From NCBI RefSeq assembly GCF_003790525.1, contig NZ_CP033635.1: a DNA stretch of 64,000 nt; one strand, written 5' to 3'. Under the pieces are notes generated by a model. The model saw nothing but the letters and a program-made list of their open reading frames with translations. It had not been told where the DNA came from and searched no databases. The translations under genes and the position numbers were made by a program. Below, in pieces: positions 52,057 to 64,000 of this stretch; position 1 is the stretch's first letter, and every line of letters begins with the position of its first letter. This DNA comes from Escherichia coli (GTDB lineage Bacteria > Pseudomonadota > Gammaproteobacteria > Enterobacterales > Enterobacteriaceae).

Positions 52057-52596
52057 TTAGTTAAACCAGCTGTCCGATTTGTTCTCTTCTGCTTTGCCCA
52101 CGCTTTTCATCAGATCGCGACCGCCTTCAGTCATATTTCTGTTTGCGTCAGCTTCAGATTGCACCACATCGGTTTGCGCAGCTTTGTGCTTCAGTTCCTG
52201 ATCGATAAATTCGTTTTCTCGCTTAACGCGGGCTTCTTCTTTCGCCAGCGCCAGTTTTTGTTTCTGAATCTCTAAGCTGCGTAGCTCATCTTCATAACTT
52301 TGATCGCGTTTTTTGTCCGCAGTGGCTTCGGCGTCCAGTTTATCCTGACGAGCTTTCTTATTCGCTGCTGCCGTTGCCGCTCTTTTATTAGCCGCGGCCT
52401 GGGCGTTTGCGCGACGTTGCTTCTCTTGCTGGATTTCCCTGTTGCGCTCCGCGACCCATTCGTCATGCTGCCTTTGCTCTTCATTTTTACCTTGCTGTTC
52501 CGCTTCTGCGACAGCAGAGAGTTGATCCTGCAATGATGAGGCGATAGCCGGATAGCTTAAGGAGGCTAAGATGGCGCAAAGAAAAACTTTCTTCAT
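52057..52596 (-). CDS. yfgI: periplasmic protein YfgI
   Basis: 179 aa, signal peptide, Lys/Glu/Gln-rich; synteny with yfgH/yfgG/pdeF. Confidence 0.7.
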   Translation of the reverse strand: MKKVFLCAILASLSYPAIASSLQDQLSAVAEAEQQGKNEEQRQHDEWVAERNREIQQEKQRRANAQAAANKRAATAAANKKARQDKLDAEATADKKRDQSYEDELRSLEIQKQKLALAKEEARVKRENEFIDQELKHKAAQTDVVQSEADANRNMTEGGRDLMKSVGKAEENKSDSWFN

Positions 52597-52611
52597 GACT
52601 CCTCCTGATTA

Positions 52612-53130
52612 TTAGCTCTTTTCAGGACATTTGGTATTTGGCTGAATACGCGTTTCGTTATACGTCGTGGTAATAACAACGGCTAAACCTGTCGTAAACT
52701 GGCACTCTTTACCCACCTGGGTGGAGGTATACACTTTGGTGCCTTCCTTATACGTTAGAGAAACACCTTCCACTAAGGTTTTATCATTCACCATAGAACC
52801 CGCTGCCGCGCCAACAGCTCCGCCGCCAACTGCACCTGCCGTCGTTCCGGAATTGCTGCCAGACCCCACGTTGTGGCCGATTACACCGCCAGCGACTGCA
52901 CCAATAAGTGCGCCGAAGGCTTGTGCGTTTCGTTTATTTTGGGAGTTGTCTACGGCAACTTTTGCGGGAAGAATGGAAATAATATTAACGGTTTTAGTTT
53001 CTTGTTTGGTATTCAGTTGATCGGTTTGATAAACATCGGCGGCATGATCATCAGCATTTGACTGGCATCCTGCCAGAGTGAATGACGCTAACATTGCCAC
53101 AGGCAGAAGACATTTTTTAAATTTCATCAC
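52612..53130 (-). CDS. yfgH: outer-membrane lipoprotein YfgH (glycine-zipper)
   Basis: 172 aa; lipobox LAGC; Gly-rich GALIGAVAGGVIGHNVG segment. Confidence 0.75.
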   Translation of the reverse strand: MMKFKKCLLPVAMLASFTLAGCQSNADDHAADVYQTDQLNTKQETKTVNIISILPAKVAVDNSQNKRNAQAFGALIGAVAGGVIGHNVGSGSNSGTTAGAVGGGAVGAAAGSMVNDKTLVEGVSLTYKEGTKVYTSTQVGKECQFTTGLAVVITTTYNETRIQPNTKCPEKS

Positions 53131-53440
53131 TATTCCTTGTTATACACATTACGAAAAATAAGACATTTAAGATCATCAAAAGAGGAAAGTAAATGTATTG
53201 CGTATAAAGGAATAGATTAAATTTATTAAAATTCATGTGGGAAATAATTTATAAAAATACATCATTAAAATATATGTATTAATTTTATATTTATTTCGCA
53301 GCCAAACAGGATAAACATCAGTCAGGACAAAGACGTAAAATTTAAGATGAAAGAATATCTGCCGCTTTGATAATCCCAAAGAGCAAAAGCATCCGACAGC
53401 GAGGTGCCGTTATGTTCTGTGAAAGTGGAGAAGGTAACCG

Positions 53441-53632
53441 CTAACGTTGTACCGGTGATTCGACGGAGAGTGTGGATTGCTGAGCTTCTTTTTTGCTCTG
53501 ATGGTGCTGCCATGCACCGACGGACGAGTAGATAAAACGGCCAAAGAAGAAGATAAAGCTGATGAGCAGTACGATACGGGTCATGCGACTGTTAAATCGG
53601 TGTCGTTTTCGCATACTGGTTGCCTGACTCAC
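53441..53632 (-). CDS. yfgG: small membrane protein YfgG
   Basis: 63 aa with one TM segment; conserved position between yfgH and pdeF. Confidence 0.6.
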   Translation of the reverse strand: MSQATSMRKRHRFNSRMTRIVLLISFIFFFGRFIYSSVGAWQHHQSKKEAQQSTLSVESPVQR

Positions 53633-53983
53633 AAAAGGTTCCTTGAAGTATGTCCCACGCTGTGGACAGTACTTACATTAAGGCACAACAGGACAAAATG
53701 GTCAATTCTTCGTTATGTAAAAAAGCGTCAGTGGATACATATTTTAATGTTATGGAAGTTAATTTAATTATTTACAATGATGATGTAATAATGATGAATT
53801 AACATGATAAACGTAATAATTCATTAATCAGGGTTATTTTGTTTGATATATATCAATTGGAACTTTCATATGACACTTAGAATCAATGCTCTCTATAGTG
53901 ATGAATAATCATCATTCGAAGTCAGGTGGGATGCCTGTCTGAATACACCTCCTTCAGGATGTGGGGGATTCTGCTGAGCATCT

Positions 53984-56227
53984 ATGAAACTGAATGCAAC
54001 TTATATAAAAATACGTGATAAATGGTGGGGGCTTCCGCTGTTCCTGCCTTCTTTAATCTTGCCCATTTTCGCCCACATTAATACTTTCGCGCATATTTCT
54101 TCCGGTGAGGTTTTTCTCTTTTATCTGCCTCTGGCTCTGATGATCAGCATGATGATGTTTTTCAGCTGGGCGGCATTGCCAGGGATCGCCTTAGGGATTT
54201 TTGTCCGCAAATATGCAGAGCTGGGTTTTTACGAAACGCTCTCATTAACGGCTAATTTTATTATCATTATCATTCTCTGTTGGGGCGGTTACAGGGTCTT
54301 TACTCCCCGGCGTAACAACGTTTCACATGGTGATACCCGTTTAATTTCCCAGCGTATATTCTGGCAGATTGTGTTTCCTGCAACGCTGTTTCTGATACTT
54401 TTCCAGTTTGCTGCGTTTGTAGGATTACTGGCGAGCAGAGAAAATCTGGTCGGCGTCATGCCTTTTAACCTCGGGACCTTAATCAATTATCAGGCCTTAC
54501 TGGTGGGCAATCTGATTGGTGTCCCGCTGTGCTACTTCATCATTCGTGTAGTGCGAAATCCGTTTTATTTACGCAGTTATTATTCGCAATTAAAACAGCA
54601 GGTTGATGTCAAAGTCACCAAAAAAGAGTTCGCACTCTGGCTACTGGCATTAGGTGCTTTACTGCTGCTGTTATGCATGCCGTTAAATGAAAAAAGCACA
54701 ATTTTTAGCACCAACTATACCTTGTCATTATTGCTGCCCCTGATGATGTGGGGAGCGATGCGCTATGGTTATAAGCTGATTTCGCTGCTCTGGGCGGTCG
54801 TGTTGATGATCAGCATCCACAGCTATCAAAATTACATTCCCATTTATCCTGGCTATACCACGCAACTGACCATAACCTCCTCCAGTTATCTGGTATTCTC
54901 TTTTATTGTCAATTATATGGCTGTACTGGCAACCCGTCAGCGAGCGGTAGTCAGACGCATTCAGCGGCTTGCGTATGTGGACCCGGTGGTTCATCTGCCA
55001 AATGTTCGCGCCCTGAATCGCGCGTTGCGTGATGCCCCCTGGTCTGCGCTTTGTTATTTACGCATCCCTGGCATGGAAATGCTGGTTAAGAACTATGGCA
55101 TCATGCTACGGATTCAATACAAGCAAAAACTTTCTCACTGGCTGTCACCCTTGCTGGAACCGGGTGAAGATGTTTATCAGCTTTCGGGTAACGATCTCGC
55201 GCTGCGACTGAATACAGAATCGCACCAGGAGCGCATTACCGAACTGGATAGCCATCTCAAGCAATTTCGTTTCTTTTGGGATGGAATGCCGATGCAACCG
55301 CAGATTGGCGTCAGTTACTGCTATGTGCGCTCGCCAGTGAATCATATCTACCTGCTGCTGGGAGAGCTAAATACGGTCGCCGAGCTTTCCATCGTGACCA
55401 ACGCCCCGGAAAATATGCAGCGTCGCGGGGCAATGTATTTGCAACGCGAATTGAAAGATAAAGTCGCGATGATGAATCGGCTACAGCAGGCGCTGGAACA
55501 CAACCATTTTTTCCTGATGGCCCAGCCGATTACCGGTATGCGTGGTGATGTCTACCATGAAATTCTTCTGCGCATGAAAGGTGAGAATGATGAACTGATC
55601 AGCCCCGACAGCTTCTTGCCGGTCGCGCACGAATTTGGTTTATCGTCGAGTATCGACATGTGGGTCATTGAGCATACGCTGCAATTTATGGCTGAAAACA
55701 GAGCGAAGATGCCCGCTCACCGTTTTGCGATTAATCTGTCGCCAACCTCGGTATGTCAGGCGCGTTTTCCCGTTGAAGTCAGTCAGCTGCTGGCTAAATA
55801 TCAAATTGAAGCGTGGCAACTTATTTTTGAAGTCACCGAAAGTAATGCTCTGACCAATGTTAAGCAGGCGCAAATCACCTTGCAGCATCTTCAGGAATTA
55901 GGCTGCCAGATTGCGATTGATGATTTCGGCACCGGCTATGCCAGCTATGCGCGGCTTAAAAATGTGAATGCCGATTTGCTTAAAATTGACGGCAGTTTTA
56001 TCCGCAATATTGTGTCAAATAGTCTGGATTATCAGATAGTGGCGTCGATTTGCCACCTGGCGCGAATGAAGAAAATGCGGGTAGTGGCAGAGTACGTTGA
56101 AAACGAAGAGATCCGCGAGGCGGTGTTCTCTTTGGGGATCGATTATATGCAGGGTTATCTTATTGGTAAGCCGCAACCGTTAATTGATACGCTGAATGAA
56201 ATCGAACCCATTCGCGAAAGTGCCTGA
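53984..56227 (+). CDS. pdeF: cyclic-di-GMP phosphodiesterase PdeF (MASE1-degenerate GGDEF-EAL)
   Basis: 747 aa; N-terminal multi-TM domain and C-terminal EAL region (QPITGMRGDVYHEILLRM...IDDFGTGYAS). Confidence 0.85.
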   Translation: MKLNATYIKIRDKWWGLPLFLPSLILPIFAHINTFAHISSGEVFLFYLPLALMISMMMFFSWAALPGIALGIFVRKYAELGFYETLSLTANFIIIIILCWGGYRVFTPRRNNVSHGDTRLISQRIFWQIVFPATLFLILFQFAAFVGLLASRENLVGVMPFNLGTLINYQALLVGNLIGVPLCYFIIRVVRNPFYLRSYYSQLKQQVDVKVTKKEFALWLLALGALLLLLCMPLNEKSTIFSTNYTLSLLLPLMMWGAMRYGYKLISLLWAVVLMISIHSYQNYIPIYPGYTTQLTITSSSYLVFSFIVNYMAVLATRQRAVVRRIQRLAYVDPVVHLPNVRALNRALRDAPWSALCYLRIPGMEMLVKNYGIMLRIQYKQKLSHWLSPLLEPGEDVYQLSGNDLALRLNTESHQERITELDSHLKQFRFFWDGMPMQPQIGVSYCYVRSPVNHIYLLLGELNTVAELSIVTNAPENMQRRGAMYLQRELKDKVAMMNRLQQALEHNHFFLMAQPITGMRGDVYHEILLRMKGENDELISPDSFLPVAHEFGLSSSIDMWVIEHTLQFMAENRAKMPAHRFAINLSPTSVCQARFPVEVSQLLAKYQIEAWQLIFEVTESNALTNVKQAQITLQHLQELGCQIAIDDFGTGYASYARLKNVNADLLKIDGSFIRNIVSNSLDYQIVASICHLARMKKMRVVAEYVENEEIREAVFSLGIDYMQGYLIGKPQPLIDTLNEIEPIRESA

Positions 56228-56232
56228 ATAAT

Positions 56233-56259
56233 GCGGGCCGACATTTCTCGTCGGCCCGC
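56233..56259. terminator. hairpin between convergent pdeF and ppx
   Basis: gcgggccgac atttc tcgtcggcccgc inverted repeat; no strong T-run. Confidence 0.4.
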
Positions 56260-56265
56260 AAAGCA

Positions 56266-59878
<3,613 letters not shown>

Positions 59879-60049
59879 TACCACTTTTACTCCGTTTTAT
59901 TCACGGGACACTGCCTGGATATTATGGCGAGCAATATTGGCAGATGTCCAACTATGCCAGAAAAGGGGGAAAAAAACTGCTGGAGCTTGCGATTTACAGG
60001 TGAATTGAAAAACGCCAGCGGCAGAGCTGGCGCTTTAACTACGGGGGCA

Positions 60050-60687
60050 TTACTCGTCGGCAGCGTAGCCCTGCGGCGGCAGACGTTGACCATCCAGCCA
60101 CGCGGCGTTTTCGTGCATTTTCAGACGACCATCGGCAAACCAGCTAATCACCAGTGGATAAATAGCGTGTTCCTGGGTTTGCACGCGGGCGGTGATGTCA
60201 TCTTCCGTATCACCAGCAAATACCGGGACTTTCGCCTGTAAAATAACCGGGCCACCGTCCAGTTCATCGGTGACGAAATGCACCGATGTACCGTGCTCCT
60301 CATCGCCATTTTCCAGCGCCTGACGATGGGTGTGTAATCCGGGATATTTCGGCAGCAGAGAAGGGTGAATGTTCAGCAAACGCCCGGCATAATGGGAGAC
60401 AAACGCCGGGCTGAGAATGCGCATAAAACCAGCCAGCACGACCACATCGGGTGCGTACATGTCGATTTCATGAATCAACTCCCGGTCATAGGCTTCACGA
60501 CTGTCAAACGCGCTGGTGATGAGCGTATGTGTTGCAATACCCGCCTGGCGGGCGCGTTCAAGGCCGAACGCGTCGGCCTTATTGCTGAAAACTGCCCGTA
60601 CGGTGCCTTTAATTTTGTTGGTTTTGCAGGCGTCAATAATTGCCTGCAAATTACTTCCGTTGCCGGAAATAAGCACCACAATATTCA

Positions 60688-60688
<1 letters not shown>
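60050..60688 (-). CDS. purN: phosphoribosylglycinamide formyltransferase
   Basis: 212 aa; MNIVVLISGNGSNLQAIIDA; ATG overlaps purM stop by 1 nt. Confidence 0.9.
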
Positions 60689-61743
<1,055 letters not shown>

Positions 61744-61788
61744 TTACTTGCGGTAGAAAAATAAAATTCGGCGCAATTCTAACAGGGA

Positions 61789-61804
61789 AAGCAAACGTTT
61801 GCGA
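61789..61804. promoter_or_regulatory. PurR operator (PUR box) in purMN/upp divergent control region
   Basis: AAGCAAACGTTTGCGA contains palindrome GCAAACGTTTGC. Confidence 0.6.
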
Positions 61805-62049
61805 GACTGCTTTACACAACCTTTTTGTACGTCTTTTCCCCAGGCGCGCGGCAAAAGAATACTTGTACCAGGGTAAAGGTTAGTTTTCGGATGGAATAAT
61901 CTTCTTCCATAACCATTTGAATATAAAATAACTTTATCTCAAACCGTTATCATTTTGACTAAAGTCAACGAAAATAATATTGCCGCCTTGAAGAAAGGAG
62001 GTATAATCCGTCGATTTTTTTTGTGGCTGCCCCTCAAAGGAGAAAGAGT

Positions 62050-62676
62050 ATGAAGATCGTGGAAGTCAAACACCCACTCGTCAAACACAAGCTGGGACTG
62101 ATGCGTGAGCAAGATATCAGCACCAAGCGCTTTCGCGAACTCGCTTCCGAAGTGGGTAGCCTGCTGACTTACGAAGCGACCGCCGACCTCGAAACGGAAA
62201 AAGTCACTATCGAAGGCTGGAACGGCCCGGTAGAAATCGACCAGATCAAAGGTAAGAAAATTACCGTTGTGCCAATTCTGCGTGCCGGTCTGGGGATGAT
62301 GGACGGTGTGCTGGAAAACGTTCCGAGCGCGCGCATCAGCGTCGTCGGTATGTACCGTAATGAAGAAACGCTGGAGCCGGTACCGTACTTCCAGAAACTG
62401 GTTTCTAACATCGATGAGCGTATGGCGCTGATCGTTGACCCAATGCTGGCAACCGGTGGTTCCGTTATCGCGACCATCGACCTGCTGAAAAAAGCGGGCT
62501 GCAGCAGCATCAAAGTTCTGGTGCTGGTAGCTGCGCCAGAAGGTATCGCTGCGCTGGAAAAAGCGCACCCGGACGTCGAACTGTATACTGCATCGATTGA
62601 CCAGGGACTGAACGAGCACGGATACATTATTCCGGGCCTCGGCGATGCCGGTGACAAAATCTTTGGTACGAAATAA
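62050..62676 (+). CDS. upp: uracil phosphoribosyltransferase
   Basis: Start [22 protein letters not shown]; 208 aa. Confidence 0.9.
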
Positions 62677-62692
62677 AGAATAAAAATAATTA

Positions 62693-62725
62693 AAGCCGAC
62701 TTTAAGAGTCGGCTTTTTTTTGAGT
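62693..62725 (+). terminator. rho-independent terminator after upp
   Basis: agccgact ttaag agtcggct hairpin plus T8. Confidence 0.6.
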
Positions 62726-62761
62726 AAAGCGCCTATAACACATAATACAGAGGATAATACT

Positions 62762-64000
62762 ATGACGCGCCGTGCTATCGGGGTGAGTGAAAGACCGCCA
62801 CTTTTACAGACAATCCCGCTTAGTTTGCAACATTTGTTCGCCATGTTTGGTGCAACCGTCCTGGTGCCCGTCTTATTTCATATTAACCCGGCGACTGTAC
62901 TGTTATTTAACGGTATAGGAACGCTGCTGTATCTCTTCATCTGTAAAGGGAAAATCCCGGCTTATCTTGGTTCCAGCTTTGCCTTTATTTCACCGGTATT
63001 GTTACTGTTGCCGTTAGGGTATGAAGTCGCGCTGGGCGGCTTTATTATGTGCGGCGTGCTGTTCTGCCTGGTTTCTTTTATCGTGAAGAAAGCGGGGACC
63101 GGCTGGCTGGACGTGCTGTTTCCACCTGCGGCAATGGGCGCAATCGTTGCCGTCATCGGTCTGGAGTTGGCGGGCGTAGCTGCCGGTATGGCAGGTTTAC
63201 TCCCGGCTGAAGGGCAAACGCCAGACTCCAAAACCATCATCATCTCCATTACCACCCTGGCGGTCACGGTTTTAGGTTCCGTGCTGTTTCGTGGTTTCCT
63301 GGCAATTATCCCGATTTTAATTGGCGTGCTGGTGGGCTACGCGCTCTCTTTCGCAATGGGAATTGTCGATACCACGCCGATTATTAATGCTCACTGGTTT
63401 GCGCTGCCAACCCTCTATACGCCGCGCTTCGAGTGGTTTGCCATTCTGACTATTCTACCAGCGGCGTTAGTGGTTATTGCCGAACACGTAGGGCACCTGG
63501 TGGTAACGGCTAATATCGTCAAAAAAGATCTGCTGCGCGATCCAGGTCTGCACCGTTCGATGTTTGCTAACGGCTTGTCGACCGTGATCTCCGGCTTCTT
63601 TGGCTCCACGCCAAACACCACTTACGGAGAAAACATTGGCGTGATGGCGATCACCCGTGTTTACAGTACCTGGGTTATCGGCGGTGCGGCGATTTTCGCT
63701 ATCCTGCTTTCCTGCGTCGGTAAACTGGCTGCTGCTATCCAGATGATTCCATTGCCGGTGATGGGCGGCGTTTCGCTGCTGCTTTACGGTGTCATCGGTG
63801 CTTCCGGTATTCGTGTGTTGATCGAATCGAAAGTGGATTACAACAAAGCACAGAACCTGATCCTGACTTCCGTTATTTTGATCATCGGCGTCAGTGGCGC
63901 GAAGGTAAACATTGGCGCGGCGGAGCTGAAAGGTATGGCGCTGGCGACCATCGTCGGTATCGGCTTAAGTTTGATCTTCAAACTGATTAGTATGCTGCGC
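62762..64000 (+). CDS. uraA: uracil permease, 3'-truncated by window edge
   Basis: Frame open from ATG 62762 to window end (so absent from ORF track); MTRRAIGVSERPPLLQTIPLSLQHLFAMFGATVLVP. Confidence 0.85.
   Translation, partial: MTRRAIGVSERPPLLQTIPLSLQHLFAMFGATVLVPVLFHINPATVLLFNGIGTLLYLFICKGKIPAYLGSSFAFISPVLLLLPLGYEVALGGFIMCGVLFCLVSFIVKKAGTGWLDVLFPPAAMGAIVAVIGLELAGVAAGMAGLLPAEGQTPDSKTIIISITTLAVTVLGSVLFRGFLAIIPILIGVLVGYALSFAMGIVDTTPIINAHWFALPTLYTPRFEWFAILTILPAALVVIAEHVGHLVVTANIVKKDLLRDPGLHRSMFANGLSTVISGFFGSTPNTTYGENIGVMAITRVYSTWVIGGAAIFAILLSCVGKLAAAIQMIPLPVMGGVSLLLYGVIGASGIRVLIESKVDYNKAQNLILTSVILIIGVSGAKVNIGAAELKGMALATIVGIGLSLIFKLISMLR

Noticed and set aside
61939-62844. 301-aa minus-strand ORF overlapping upp
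   Set aside because: Antisense to the conserved upp gene.

Overview
Enterobacterial (E. coli-type) chromosome segment carrying a ~39.6 kb temperate prophage inserted at the 3' end of guaA. Host genes on the left: the 3' part of a giant repetitive Big_1-like adhesin (runs off the window start), xseA, guaB, guaA. Host genes on the right: yfgI, yfgH, yfgG, pdeF(yfgF), ppx, ppk, purN, purM, upp and the start of uraA. The prophage (about 12365-51964) is bounded by a 17-bp direct repeat that includes the last guaA codons. Its gene order is integrase; a leftward early operon (recombination exonuclease, RecT, excisionase-like, MT-A70 methyltransferase); a repressor/cro switch; lambda O/P-like replication genes; terminase; a podovirus-like virion module; an accessory island; tailspike; and a lysis cassette (GH19 endolysin, Rz/Rz1). 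This resembles epsilon15/phiV10-type podoviruses, but that is inference from gene order only. Most notable: a palindromic TTACC-N5-GGTAA motif recurs about 14 times in intergenic regions across the prophage, including a three-site cluster between the repressor and cro-like genes. Candidate accessory or defence cargo: a low-GC two-gene cassette (55 aa + ~147 aa) with its own promoter motif and terminator; an antisense membrane/coiled-coil protein next to a phage tRNA-Arg(UCU); a Bro-N antirepressor-like gene with a free-standing paralog of its C-terminal domain; and a lipoprotein. A likely -1 frame break sits in a G5 run at the start of the terminase large subunit. No CRISPR array, IS element or reverse transcriptase was seen. 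All calls are from reading the sequence and ORF translations; no database search was run.
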